Shown here: piece by piece, positions 40,059 to 50,329 of the stretch
Layout: each line of letters starts with the position of its first letter
Position numbering within the stretch: position 1 is the first letter of the stretch
Assembly: GCA_964426325.1 (NCBI GenBank)
Contig: CAYRQD010000001.1
Span: 82,193-146,192 of the forward strand
Length of the DNA: 64,000 bases
Source of the DNA: an uncultured Halobacteriales archaeon
GTDB taxonomy: Archaea > Halobacteriota > Halobacteria > Halobacteriales > Haloarculaceae
Reading direction: 5' to 3'
Translations under genes and position numbers: made by a program
The notes under the pieces: generated by a model
Told to the model about the DNA's origin: nothing
The model's input: the letters and a program-made list of their open reading frames with translations, nothing else
Database searches by the model: none

Positions 40059-41279
40059 CTACCCGAGGGCAAACAAAACGAGAAAGGTGGCGTACGAGCC
40101 GACCGTCGCGACCAGCGGAACGACGTTTTGCATGACGATCACCCGCGAGGTCGTCGCCGGATCGAACAGCTCTGAGGCGGCGGGAACCTCCGATGGATCG
40201 CCCTCGCCGATCGGGTCCGGCTCGGGGAGCTCGGAGCGGTCGGGGTCCCCGACCGTCGGGGTCGCCTCCTCGGCCTCCGCGGTGAGCGCGCCGACCGAGG
40301 CCTGTGGCGACTCCTCGCCCGCAACGCTCTCCGAGAGCGTCGTCGTTCGGGTCGCCCGGCCCCACCCGAGGCCGACGATCGACATCGTCGCGATGACGAC
40401 GAAACTCGCCGGGATGCCGATCGCGGACAGCCCGATCACCAGCCCGGAGCTCACCGTCGCCACCACGATGGCCGCGGTCAGCGGCAGCGCCGTGATGTCG
40501 TTTCCGAGCGTCTCCATCGTCCGTCGCGCGATCGTAAAGGCGCCCGCGGCGACCGCGACCGACCCGATCGCGATCCCGGCCTCGAGCCCGAGCTCGCCGC
40601 TGCCGACCAGCGGCGCGATCGCGTTCGCGATGTTGCTCGTCCCCGAGCTAAAGGCCATCAGACACCCGATCAGAACGACCACGCCGGTTCCGACCAGCTC
40701 TCGCGGGGTCGTGTTCGGCCCCAGACGGAGCCGCGGGACCGTCCCAGACCGATCGAGCGCGAGCAGGCGTCCCTCCGTCTGGACGACCGCGATCTTCCGG
40801 TCGAGGTAGACGTAGAAGTACCGTCCGATCATCCCCGAGACCCAGAAGCCGACGATCGGCGCGACGATCCACCAGACCGCGATCTCGCCGAGCACCGACC
40901 AGTCCAGCTCGCCGGCCGCCAGCCCGAGCCCGGCGATCGACCCGACCGCGGTCATCGACGTCGAGGCCGGCACGCCGAACAGGTTCCCGACGAACAGCGC
41001 GCCGCCGACATAAAACAGCACGACGATACTCGCCGTGAGGGTAAACACCGACGGGTCGCCGACGAGGTCGACCCCGAGCGTGTCGACTACCCGTCGCCCG
41101 ACGGTCCAGGCGCCGAGGAAGAAAAACACCGACATCAGCCCGGCCGCGGCGAGCTTGCCGATCACGCCCGCTCCGACGGCGGGCGCGAACGCCGGCCCGG
41201 TGGTCGCGCCGCCGATGTTGTAGGCGACAAACGCCGCGACGAGCAGGCCGACGATCAAAAGCGGCGAGGAAACGATCAC
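40059..41279 (-). CDS. inorganic phosphate transporter (PiT family)
   Basis: AYNIGGATTGPAF, GVPASTS, FSSGTSNIANAIAP, GIPASF; GTG start uncertain (41279 or 41297). Confidence 0.88.
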   Translation of the reverse strand: MIVSSPLLIVGLLVAAFVAYNIGGATTGPAFAPAVGAGVIGKLAAAGLMSVFFFLGAWTVGRRVVDTLGVDLVGDPSVFTLTASIVVLFYVGGALFVGNLFGVPASTSMTAVGSIAGLGLAAGELDWSVLGEIAVWWIVAPIVGFWVSGMIGRYFYVYLDRKIAVVQTEGRLLALDRSGTVPRLRLGPNTTPRELVGTGVVVLIGCLMAFSSGTSNIANAIAPLVGSGELGLEAGIAIGSVAVAAGAFTIARRTMETLGNDITALPLTAAIVVATVSSGLVIGLSAIGIPASFVVIATMSIVGLGWGRATRTTTLSESVAGEESPQASVGALTAEAEEATPTVGDPDRSELPEPDPIGEGDPSEVPAASELFDPATTSRVIVMQNVVPLVATVGSYATFLVLFALG

Positions 41280-41338
41280 ACGAATGAGAGAGCACACCGG
41301 AGCTCCTAACGCTTTCCATTGGCCCTCGCCGGGCGCCG

Positions 41339-42808
41339 TCAGTCGTCGTCCCCGGCTGCGGCGTCTGCCTCGCGGTCGGCCTCACCCTCGGACTCGCCCG
41401 CCCGGCCGCTCTCGACGCTGTCCCGTTCGTCCATCATCGCCGCGGCGCGGTCGGCCCACTCGCCGTACCGGAAGCCGGCCGCCACCACGAGCATCGCCCA
41501 CGCGTAGTAGAGCATGATTCCGGCGTAGACCCCGATCACGCCGACGCCGGCGACGACCCCCGCCAGATACGAGAACCCGAAATAGAAGCCGATCTGTCCG
41601 CTCGCCCGGGCCAGCAGCGGCGTCCGGGTGTCGCTGCCGCCCTGCAGCGCCCCCGCGAGGGTGACATACAGCACGGTGAACGGCGCGGTCAGCCCGTAGG
41701 TGATCGCGAACCCGGCGGCCGCCGGCACGGTCGCCGGGTCGTCGGTGAACAGCTCGGCCAGCTGCTCGCCGAAGACCGCGAGCCCGATCCCGAGCGTGCC
41801 GACGGTCACGAGTCCGAAGGCGGCGGTCGCCCAGCCGTTGTACCGCGCGCCAGCCGGGTCGCCCTCGCCGAGGGCCTGCCCGACGAGGATGCTCGAGGCG
41901 ATGTTGAGCGCCCGCGAGAGCGGACTGGTCACCTGCTGGTAGACCCGCCGGCCGATCTGGTAGGCGGCGTTTACCTCCGCGCCGAACGACAGGAGCAAGG
42001 CGTTGAACGGAAACTCCACGGCCGTCGCGACCAGCCCCTCGGCGATCTTCGGCGCCGAGACGACGAGCAGCTGCTTCGCGATCACCAGCTGCCGGGGCCA
42101 CGCGAATCCAGCCTCGGTCCAGCCGGCGCCGATCAGCCCGACGAACGCGACGGCGGTGAAGACGTTTCCGGCCGCGGTCGCGAGCCCCACCCCGACGATC
42201 TCGAGCCTGGGGGCGCCCAACAGCCCGAGCCCGAGCACCAGCGAGAGCGCGATGTTCAGCCCGTTTGAGACCAGGTTGACGTACATCGGCGTCCGGGTGT
42301 CGCCGGTCCCCTGCAGCGCGCGGGCCCCGATCAGGGCGACGTGTCTGGCCGGCGAGGTGGCGTAGACGATCGCGAGGTACAGTCCTCCGAGCGAGGCGAC
42401 CTCGGCCATCTGGTCGGTCTCGGCCCAGAACCCCAAGACAGCGATCGCCTGTTCGCTCAGCGTGACCCCGACGACGACGAACGGAATCCCCGCGAGCGCG
42501 CCCAACACGAGCGCCTGCGTGATCGCCTCGTCGCGGTTCGCGGTCGCCTCGCCGCCGGTGTCCTGACTCGAGAGCGCGATCGCCCCGGCTCCCAGCCCGA
42601 GTCCGATCCGGAGGGGAAACCGAGCGTACAGGTCCGCCAGCCCGATCGCGGCGACCGCGAGCGGCGAGAACAGCGCGGTCACGAAGATGTCGGTGGTCCG
42701 CATCAGCGTCCGGGAAACCTGCTCGATCATCACCGGCCCGGAGAGCTCGGCGATCCGTCGCCAGACGCCGAACAGCCGCTCCCGGTCGATCCGCGCCCCC
42801 GCGCTCAT
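41339..42808 (-). CDS. MATE family efflux transporter
   Basis: ALQGTGDTRTPM, SILVGQALG, ALQGGSDTRTP; about 12 TM segments. Confidence 0.92.
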   Translation of the reverse strand: MSAGARIDRERLFGVWRRIAELSGPVMIEQVSRTLMRTTDIFVTALFSPLAVAAIGLADLYARFPLRIGLGLGAGAIALSSQDTGGEATANRDEAITQALVLGALAGIPFVVVGVTLSEQAIAVLGFWAETDQMAEVASLGGLYLAIVYATSPARHVALIGARALQGTGDTRTPMYVNLVSNGLNIALSLVLGLGLLGAPRLEIVGVGLATAAGNVFTAVAFVGLIGAGWTEAGFAWPRQLVIAKQLLVVSAPKIAEGLVATAVEFPFNALLLSFGAEVNAAYQIGRRVYQQVTSPLSRALNIASSILVGQALGEGDPAGARYNGWATAAFGLVTVGTLGIGLAVFGEQLAELFTDDPATVPAAAGFAITYGLTAPFTVLYVTLAGALQGGSDTRTPLLARASGQIGFYFGFSYLAGVVAGVGVIGVYAGIMLYYAWAMLVVAAGFRYGEWADRAAAMMDERDSVESGRAGESEGEADREADAAAGDDD

Positions 42809-42940
42809 ACACGACCCTCACCCGGGACCGTCTTGAGCGGCGCGATCCGGCGAGCGCTCTCGGCCCGCCCGACGGGAGTCGACCGGTCGCCGGCGCCGCC
42901 GCACCCGAACGCAAAAGACGCCGCGCCCGCTCGCACCGCC

Positions 42941-43405
42941 GTGGAGACGACACGACACTTCGTCGCGACGGTGTACGCGGTCCACAACGGCGCCGTCGCC
43001 CTGCACGAGCACGACCGCCTCGAGATGTGGTTACCCCCGGGCGGACACGTCGAGCGCGACGAGCTGCCCCACGACGCCGCCCGACGGGAGGTCCGCGAGG
43101 AGCTCGGCCTGCCGGTCGAGCTGATCGCACCCGTCGGCGAGCTCTCCTCGGCAACCGCTCGGTCGATTCCCCGACCCCAGGCGTTTCTCCTCGAGGACAT
43201 CAACGTCACAGACGGCGACGTCGGGCACCAACACGTCGATTTCGTCTACTACGGCACTCTCCCATCCCGGGCGATCGACCCCGGCCCGGACGAGGCGCCC
43301 GCGGCCGCCTGGGAGTGGTTCACCGCCGCGGACCTGCAGGCCGCCGCCGAGCTGCCCGAAGACGTCGCCGAGGTCGGTCAGCGCGCGATCGCGGCGGCCG
43401 ACTGA
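42941..43405 (+). CDS. NUDIX hydrolase
   Basis: Nudix box GGHVERDELPHDAARREVREELGL; HQHVDFVY; GTG start. Confidence 0.9.
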   Translation: METTRHFVATVYAVHNGAVALHEHDRLEMWLPPGGHVERDELPHDAARREVREELGLPVELIAPVGELSSATARSIPRPQAFLLEDINVTDGDVGHQHVDFVYYGTLPSRAIDPGPDEAPAAAWEWFTAADLQAAAELPEDVAEVGQRAIAAAD

Positions 43406-43406
43406 G

Positions 43407-46400
43407 CTACCGGCGTTCTCGGACCGACTCGGCCCACGCGATCGCCTCGTCGAGTGCCCCCACCGGCTCCCCTACGAAATCAAAGGCGCGGACGGTCTCC
43501 GCGTCGGCCCGGTCGGGGTCGGATCGGTCGATGGGGACGAGCCGCGCGATCACGTCGCCGGCCGCCCGGGCGGTGTCGTAGGCGGCCGGCCGCCGACCTG
43601 GATCCCTGTCGAGCATCACCGCAAAGCCCGCGAGACTTGCGGCCGCCGCGACCGCGTCCTGGTCGGCCCCTCGACCGGGCAGTTCCGCCGGCGTGACGGG
43701 GTCGTACCCACGCTCCGTGAGCGCCGCCGCGAGCGCGTCGAGCTCCGGATCGCCGCTCCCGCCGCCGCTGGCCTCGCCAGAGCCAAACACGAGCACCGAC
43801 TCCGCGAGCGCCGCTTCGACGCCGGTCAGGCCCTCCTCCAGGGCGGTGACGTCCGCCTCGGGGGCGCCGAGCGCGGTCAGGTAGCCCTCGCTCGCGACCC
43901 GCTCGATCGTCCCGAGCTGCCCCCGGAGGTCGCCGTAGCCCTCGGGCTGGCCCCACCGCTCTCTGACCGTCGGGCGCTCCCCGATCGGCGCGACGTCGAG
44001 GGGCTCCTCGGCGTGTTGGACCGCCTCGAGGGCAGCCCGCGCGCTGGGAAGCGTCGAAAAGTACGTGATCTGCTGGTCGACACACACGTCGAGCAGCTCC
44101 CGCTCCCGGGAGACGACGAGATCGATCTCGCCGGCCCGGAGCCAGCTTTTGATCGCCCCGAGATCCGGAAAGTCGCCGATCTCCCGGACCTCGAAGTGCT
44201 GTTCGAACCCGGCGACCGGCATGTCGACGACCGCGGTGCCCCCGAGGGGAACGGGCTTGCCGACGGCCATCTGGGCCTTCTGGTAGGCCTTGCCGAAGGT
44301 GTCCGCGGTTCCCATCACCTCGCCGGTGGATTTCATCTCCGGGCCGAGCCGCGGGTCGCTGCCGGGCAGCCGGTCGAACGGTAACACGACCTCTTTGACG
44401 CTGACCTGCTCGGGGACCCGCTCCTCGTACTCTAACTCGTCGAGGGTCGCCCCGGCCATCACCTTCGCGGCGGCCTTCGCGATCGGAACACCGGTGGCCT
44501 TCGAGACAAAGGGCACCGTCCGCGAGGAGCGGGGATTGGCTTCGAGGACGTACACTTCGCCGTCCCGCACCGCGAGCTGGACGTTCAGCAGGCCGACGGT
44601 GCCGAGTGCGTCTGCGATCTCCTCGACGACCTCCCGGACCCGGCGGTTGACCGCCCGCCCCAGCGACCGCGGTGGGATCATACACGCCGAGTCGCCCGAG
44701 TGGACGCCGGCGGCCTCGACGTGTTCCATCACGCCGCCGACCAGCACGTCCTCGCCGTCGGCGACCGCGTCGACGTCCAGCTCGACGGCGTCGGCCAGGA
44801 ACTCGTCGATCAACACCGGCTTCTCGGGGGAGACCCGCACCGCCTCCGTCATGTAGGTCCGGAGGTCCTCGTCGTTGTACACGACCTCCATCGCCCGCCC
44901 GCCCAGCACGTACGAGGGCCGGACCAACACCGGGTAGCCGACCTCGTGGGCCAGCTCGAGGGCCTCCTCCCGGCTGGTCGCGGTGCCCCCAGCGGCCTGT
45001 GCGATCCCCAGCTCGTCCATGAGCCGGTTGAACCGGTCCCGATCCTCCGCGAGATCCATCGCGTCGACGCCGGTGCCCAGGATCTCACAGTCGAGCCCCC
45101 GCCGGTCGAGTTCCTCTGCCAGCGGCCGTCCGACGTCGACGCTCGTCTGGCCGCCGAACTGGACCATCACCCCGTCGGCGCCGGTCGCCGCGATCACGTC
45201 CGCGATCTCCTCGGCGGTGATCGGCTCGAAAAACAGGCCGTCCGAGGTGTCGTAGTCCGTCGAGACCGTCTCGGGGTTGTTGTTGACCACGTGGGCCTCG
45301 ATACCCAGCTCGCGCAGGGCCTGGACGGCGTGGACCGAACAGTAGTCGAACTCCACGCCCTGGCCGATCCGGATCGGCCCGCCGCCCACGACCACGACGC
45401 TCTCGACGTCTCGGTCGACGCGGAGCTCGTCGTGATCGAGGCTCGTCACCGGCTCCCGCGCCGAGTAGTAGTACGGCGTCGCGGCCGCGAACTCCCCGGC
45501 GCAGGTGTCGACCAGCTTGAACCTGCGGTCCGTCGTCGACGCCTCGACTCCCGGGACCGTCTCGGCCGTCCCGTCGATTCCGCCCGTCCCGCCCGGATCG
45601 CCGGCCGGCAGCCAGCTCGCGTGGGTGTCCCCGAACGGGGCTCCGGTCAGGGCTCCGACCTCCCGGTCGGTGAACCCGACCCTCGCCGCCCGTTCGAGGT
45701 CGCCCTCGGCGGCCGCCCGCGCTGCGGCCGCGACGTTCCGGTAACGCCGAAGGTACCACTCGTGGATCCCGGTCAGCGCGGCGACGGTCTCGACCTCGTA
45801 CCCGCGGGCGAACGCCTCGAGCACGGCGTGGGTTCGGTCCGGCGTGGGCCGGACGAGATACTCGGTCTCGAGGCTCTCGTCGTCGATCTCGGTCCAGTCG
45901 ACGGCCGGCTCATACTCGACGGAGCGAAGCGCCTTCAGCAGCGACTCCTCGAAGGTCCGCCCGATCGCCATCGCCTCGCCGGTGGATTTCATCGCCGGGC
46001 CGAGCTCGAACTCGACGTCCCGGAACTTATCGGCCGGCCACCGGGGGACCTTCGTCACGACGTAGTCGATCGCGGGCTCGAAGGCCGCCGTCGTCTGCCC
46101 GGTGATCTCGTTGTCGATCTCGTGGAGGCGCTTGCCCAGCGCCACCTTCGCCGTCACGCGGGCGATCGGGTAGCCCGTCGCCTTCGAGGCGAGCGCAGAG
46201 GACCGCGAGACACGCGGATTGACCTCGACGACCCGGTACTCCCCGCCGGGGGTGCCGTCGTCGCGCCACGCGAACTGGATGTTACACCCGCCCTGGATGC
46301 CCAGCTCGCGGATCACGCGGATCGCGACGTTGCGCATCGCCTGGTGGCCCCTGTCGGGGATCACCTGCGAGGGCGTGACGACGATTGACTCGCCGGTGTG

Positions 46401-47123
46401 GATCCCCATCGGGTCGATGTTTTCCATGTTGCAGATGATGATACACGAGTCGTCGGCGTCGCGCATCACCTCGTACTCGAGTTCGATCCAGCCGTCGATG
46501 GACTCGGTGATCATCACGCGGTCGTCCCGCGAGAGGGTCAGCCCGCGCTCGACGGCCGCCCGGAGCTCGCCCATCTCGTCGATCACGCCCGAGCCCGCAC
46601 CCCCCAGGGTGTAGGTCGTGCGCATGATCACCGGCAGCCCCCCGACCGCGGCGACCGCGTCCTCGAGCTGGTCGACCCCCTCGATGGTCTCGGACTGGGG
46701 CACCGGCTCGCCGAGCTCGTGCATCCGCCGCCGGAAGGCGTCCCGGTCCTCGGTCGCGTAGATGGTCTCTAAGGGCGTGCCCATCACCTCGACGCCGTAC
46801 TCCTCGAGGATTCCCCGTTCGGCGAGCTCGGCGGTGACGTTCAGCCCCGTCTGGCCGCCCAGCCCGGCGATCACACCGTCGGGCTCCTCGGCGCGGATCA
46901 CCTCGGCGATGGCCTCGGGCGTGATCGGCTCGATGTAGACCGCGTCCGCCATCTCCGGGTCGGTCATGATCGTCGCGGGATTGGAGTTGACCAGCACGAC
47001 CCGGGCGCCTTCCTCTCGGAGCGCTCGGCAGGCCTGGGCCCCGGAGTAATCGAACTCGGCCGCCTGTCCGATCTGAATCGGACCGCTCCCGATGAGCAGG
47101 ATCGTGCGGTCTGTCTCGGGCAT
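43407..47123 (-). CDS. carB: carbamoyl-phosphate synthase large subunit with C-terminal extension
   Basis: IGSGPIQIGQAAEFDYSG, EVNPRVSRSS, GPIRIGQGVEFDY, EANPRSSRT, GPEMKSTGE. Confidence 0.96.
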   Translation of the reverse strand: MPETDRTILLIGSGPIQIGQAAEFDYSGAQACRALREEGARVVLVNSNPATIMTDPEMADAVYIEPITPEAIAEVIRAEEPDGVIAGLGGQTGLNVTAELAERGILEEYGVEVMGTPLETIYATEDRDAFRRRMHELGEPVPQSETIEGVDQLEDAVAAVGGLPVIMRTTYTLGGAGSGVIDEMGELRAAVERGLTLSRDDRVMITESIDGWIELEYEVMRDADDSCIIICNMENIDPMGIHTGESIVVTPSQVIPDRGHQAMRNVAIRVIRELGIQGGCNIQFAWRDDGTPGGEYRVVEVNPRVSRSSALASKATGYPIARVTAKVALGKRLHEIDNEITGQTTAAFEPAIDYVVTKVPRWPADKFRDVEFELGPAMKSTGEAMAIGRTFEESLLKALRSVEYEPAVDWTEIDDESLETEYLVRPTPDRTHAVLEAFARGYEVETVAALTGIHEWYLRRYRNVAAAARAAAEGDLERAARVGFTDREVGALTGAPFGDTHASWLPAGDPGGTGGIDGTAETVPGVEASTTDRRFKLVDTCAGEFAAATPYYYSAREPVTSLDHDELRVDRDVESVVVVGGGPIRIGQGVEFDYCSVHAVQALRELGIEAHVVNNNPETVSTDYDTSDGLFFEPITAEEIADVIAATGADGVMVQFGGQTSVDVGRPLAEELDRRGLDCEILGTGVDAMDLAEDRDRFNRLMDELGIAQAAGGTATSREEALELAHEVGYPVLVRPSYVLGGRAMEVVYNDEDLRTYMTEAVRVSPEKPVLIDEFLADAVELDVDAVADGEDVLVGGVMEHVEAAGVHSGDSACMIPPRSLGRAVNRRVREVVEEIADALGTVGLLNVQLAVRDGEVYVLEANPRSSRTVPFVSKATGVPIAKAAAKVMAGATLDELEYEERVPEQVSVKEVVLPFDRLPGSDPRLGPEMKSTGEVMGTADTFGKAYQKAQMAVGKPVPLGGTAVVDMPVAGFEQHFEVREIGDFPDLGAIKSWLRAGEIDLVVSRERELLDVCVDQQITYFSTLPSARAALEAVQHAEEPLDVAPIGERPTVRERWGQPEGYGDLRGQLGTIERVASEGYLTALGAPEADVTALEEGLTGVEAALAESVLVFGSGEASGGGSGDPELDALAAALTERGYDPVTPAELPGRGADQDAVAAAASLAGFAVMLDRDPGRRPAAYDTARAAGDVIARLVPIDRSDPDRADAETVRAFDFVGEPVGALDEAIAWAESVRERR

Positions 47124-47147
47124 TACCAGCCCGACTACACACATCGC

Positions 47148-47204
47148 AATAAATCCGGCGATGCGGTACGAAACTCGAAGGAGAGTTTCGAAAATCGTAC
47201 TCGC
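47148..47204 (-). promoter_or_regulatory. carB promoter (TTTATT) with adjacent inverted repeat CGAAACTC-N6-GAGTTTCG
   Basis: AATAAA at 47148-47153 on + strand, 25-30 nt upstream of ATG 47123; perfect 8-bp inverted repeat at 47169-47176 / 47183-47190. Confidence 0.55.
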
Positions 47205-47231
47205 AGACCGAGCGGCCGGGCGGTCGGGCGG

Positions 47232-47963
47232 TCAGTCGGCGGGTTGGGCCTCGGGGGTCCCCTCGCCCCCGGTCTCGGCCTCGGTCTCTCGGGCGCCGAA
47301 CGTGTCCCGCCGCGCGTAGAAGAAGTAGACGTAGGGCACCTTCGCGATCACGTCGAGGAAGGCGACGATCAGCCCGGTCCCGACGAGCGTGATCGCGCCG
47401 ATCCCGACGGGGCTGAGCGCCCAGACCATCGGGTAGGCGAGCCAGAGTGCCCCCACGTGGTGTTGCAGTAGGGTAAAAAAGCCCTGCCGGCCCGGATCGT
47501 CGGACACGGTTCGGGGAATCACCGCGTACAGCCCGACGAGCAGGACGAGGTGAAAGAGGGATCCGACCCCGAACAGCGTCCACTGGAGCGTGCCGCCCGC
47601 GAGGACGGCGGCCGCGCCGGCGAGAATCATCGCCGCGTCGGCGGCCATCATCGCCGCGGTCGTCGTCCGGCTGGCGCCGGCGACGTAGCCGACGTACCCG
47701 ATCAGCAGCGGGGTAGTGACCAGCCACGCGAGGTACCGCGTCGGGTAGAAGGTGTCTCCGCCGACGACGGTCGTCCCGATCCCGAGGGCGGCGGCGGCGT
47801 AGGTCACCATCGGCACCGCCGTGATCAGGCTCAGTCCCGCGAGCCGGGTGCGATCTTTCGAGGCCGGCAGCGAGACGAGCAACGCGACCGGGATGGCGGT
47901 TCCGAGCAGGAAGGCCGCGGCCGCGATCCCGAACGCCGCCTGGAGTTCGACGGGCGTGGTCAT
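47232..47963 (-). CDS. sopI: sensory rhodopsin I (counterion Asp replaced by Ala)
   Basis: 7[64 protein letters not shown] match SRI as I recall it; ATGA overlap with htrI. Confidence 0.9.
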   Translation of the reverse strand: MTTPVELQAAFGIAAAAFLLGTAIPVALLVSLPASKDRTRLAGLSLITAVPMVTYAAAALGIGTTVVGGDTFYPTRYLAWLVTTPLLIGYVGYVAGASRTTTAAMMAADAAMILAGAAAVLAGGTLQWTLFGVGSLFHLVLLVGLYAVIPRTVSDDPGRQGFFTLLQHHVGALWLAYPMVWALSPVGIGAITLVGTGLIVAFLDVIAKVPYVYFFYARRDTFGARETEAETGGEGTPEAQPAD

Positions 47964-49534
47964 CGTTCCCCCCCGTCGGAGACGGCCAGCTCACCGCCGG
48001 TCGGACCCTCAGTCGGGTCGGCCCCGGCGCCGTCGATCGTGAAGGCCGTCACCTCCCGTTTCAGGTCGGCCACCGCCGAGGAACGGAACCGATCGAGCTC
48101 GGTCGCGACCTCCTCGACGCGGTCCTGCTGTCGCTCGATCCGCTCTCCGACCCGCTCGGCGTCGCCCGCGGTCTCGGTGCCAAGCGATGCGATCCGGTCG
48201 ACCGACTGTGCGGTGACTTGGACCCGTTCGGCCTGGTCGCCGGTCGCGTTCTGGATGTCCTCGAGCGAGACCGAGATCTCCTCGACCGACGCCGCGATCT
48301 CCTCGATGTTTCGCAGCGCCTCGCCGACAGTCTCGTTGCCGGTCTCGACCCGCGTCTGGGCCCGCTCGATCGCCTCGCCGACAGCCGTCGTCTGTTCGTG
48401 TGCCGCCGCGACGGTCGTGGCGATCTCGTCGGCGCGCTGTTGGGTCTCCTCTGCGAGAGCCTTCACCTCGTCGGCGACGACGGCGAACCCGTCGCCCTCG
48501 CCCGCTCCGCCCGCGCGGGCGGCCTCGATCGAGGCGTTCAGCGCGAGCATGTTGGTCTGTTCGGCGATCTCTCGGATCATGTCCGTGACGCCGGTGATCT
48601 CTTTGGCCTTCTCGCGCAGCCCCACCATCTCCTCGGCGGCGGCGCCGACCTCGGCGGTCACCGCGTCCATCTCCTCGATCGCGTCTTGGGAGAGTTCCCG
48701 CGCGTCGTCGCTCGCGTCGGCCACCCGCGAGACGTTCCCCGCGACGTCGTCGACGGTCGCCGCGACCTCCTCGGCGGAGGCGCTCAGCCCGTCGACCTCG
48801 CCCGACAGCGACTGGAGCTCGTCGTTTTGCTCGGCCGCCTTCCCGACGATATCCTCGGCGGACTCGGTGATCGCCGTCGTCTCCTCGGCGGCCTGCTTGC
48901 TCCGCTCGGTGATCGACTCGGCCCGCTCGTCGAGCGTGTCGGCGACGGTCGTGACCGTCCCGATGGTCGCCTCGAGGTCCTCGAGCATCCGGTTGAACGA
49001 CCGCCCGATCGTCTCGAGGGCCTCGTTGTCGGTCTCGACGGTCACCCGCTGAGTGAGGTCCCCGGCGGCGGCTCTCTCCATGACCGCCGCGTAGGACTCG
49101 GCGGTCTCGCGTAGCTCCGCCGCGCGGTCCTGTGCCTGCGTCTTCGCCCGTTCGGCCTCCTGTTTGGCCCGCTCGGCGTCGGTTCGGGCCTGCTCGAGCT
49201 CTGCCTGTGCCTGTTCCATCTCCTCGATCCGGTCGTTCAGCGACTGCCTGAGCGTCTCCGTGGCGCCGGCGATCTCGCCGAACTCGTCGTCTGCACGGAA
49301 CCCGACCGGCCGGTCGAGGTCGCCCTCGGCGACGGTTCGGGTCCGGGCCGACAGCTCTGTCGCCCGGCTGAGCGTCTCGGCGGTGTTGAGCGATCCGAGC
49401 GCGATCAGCGCCGTGATCGCTGCGACCGCTGTCGTTACCCCGTCGCCGGTCACGACGCCGACGACGGCGATGAACGCCCCGACGACGAGATAGCCCGCGG
49501 CCAGTTGTACGCCGTAGCTGTTCCAGAGTTTCAT
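47960..49534 (-). CDS. htrI: sensory rhodopsin I transducer (2TM - HAMP - HAMP - MCP)
   Basis: YGVQLAAGY, short TM hairpin, LGSLNTAET, two HAMP domains, [20 protein letters not shown]. Confidence 0.92.
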   Translation of the reverse strand: MKLWNSYGVQLAAGYLVVGAFIAVVGVVTGDGVTTAVAAITALIALGSLNTAETLSRATELSARTRTVAEGDLDRPVGFRADDEFGEIAGATETLRQSLNDRIEEMEQAQAELEQARTDAERAKQEAERAKTQAQDRAAELRETAESYAAVMERAAAGDLTQRVTVETDNEALETIGRSFNRMLEDLEATIGTVTTVADTLDERAESITERSKQAAEETTAITESAEDIVGKAAEQNDELQSLSGEVDGLSASAEEVAATVDDVAGNVSRVADASDDARELSQDAIEEMDAVTAEVGAAAEEMVGLREKAKEITGVTDMIREIAEQTNMLALNASIEAARAGGAGEGDGFAVVADEVKALAEETQQRADEIATTVAAAHEQTTAVGEAIERAQTRVETGNETVGEALRNIEEIAASVEEISVSLEDIQNATGDQAERVQVTAQSVDRIASLGTETAGDAERVGERIERQQDRVEEVATELDRFRSSAVADLKREVTAFTIDGAGADPTEGPTGGELAVSDGGER

Positions 49535-49685
49535 CAACAGAATCTCTTTAGCTCTGATGGGCATAAGCCGTGGCCCACAAATTTCAGTCCTGATAACGCT
49601 GCCCGCTCTCGATTTCCAGGGACGGTACCAACCCACACACCGCACGGGGGTGACGGTCGTCGGTGCCGGTCGCTACGCCGAGTCG

Positions 49686-49919
49686 TCAGTTGTTCCCGTC
49701 GAAGCGGTACCGGTAGGGCTGGTCGCGGATCACCTCGACCTCGTCGGTCCGGGCGCGCCGACCGAGGACGGTCGCGACCCGGTGGGCGCTGGTAAACTCC
49801 TCGCCGTGCTCGTCGAGTACTTCGAGGATCTCCCGCGCGGTCAGCGGTCCGTCCGCGTTCGCCTCCGCGAGCACGGAGCGAATCCGCTCGAACTCGCCGC
49901 CTCGAGAGCGCATACGCAT
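49686..49919 (-). CDS. small winged-helix-like protein
   Basis: GPLTAREILEVL...FTSAHRVATVLGR...PYRYRF; start 49919 or 49913. Confidence 0.7.
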   Translation of the reverse strand: MRMRSRGGEFERIRSVLAEANADGPLTAREILEVLDEHGEEFTSAHRVATVLGRRARTDEVEVIRDQPYRYRFDGNN

Positions 49920-50329
49920 ATACTGTACCTGCTCGTACTTCAAACGGCGTCAGACGACCGTCAGACGCCCCGGCGGGCGAAATCGCCCAAGGGCGACCCC
50001 CAGACGCGTCGGCGCGTGTCGGACGGTCACGGGCCACAGGCCTCGCTCGGATCGTCGACCCCGAGGATCGTCACGACCCCGACGGGCGACAAGCTCGGCG
50101 ACCGCGCCCGGGAGGCCTCGAGCACCGGGCCGTGGGGGCGCGCGTCGCCGTCGACCCGCCACGACCGCCAGGCCGGCAATCTGCCCGACCGCGACGGTCC
50201 CCGTCTCGAGGAACAGACCGCACTCGACGCCCTCAAGGAGTGACCGATTCGACGGAACCGCCGACGGGACGGCGACAGGGCCTCGACAGACAGCGAAACG
50301 CTTAGCCGGTTCGCTCCGCGAGTGTTCAC

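Noticed and set aside
43407..47231. carB without adjacent carA
   Set aside because: Separated carA and carB occur in other haloarchaea
47232..47963. Bacteriorhodopsin, halorhodopsin or Lys-less opsin-related protein
   Set aside because: The Schiff-base Lys is present, the BR D96 position is Tyr, the C-terminal [12 protein letters not shown] is SRI-like and the gene is coupled to htrI
49950..50243. Possible 75-aa + strand ORF (GTG 50016) or eroded gene ending EEQTALDALKE
   Set aside because: Coding-like codons are scattered over several frames and no family is recognisable; cannot be supported without a search
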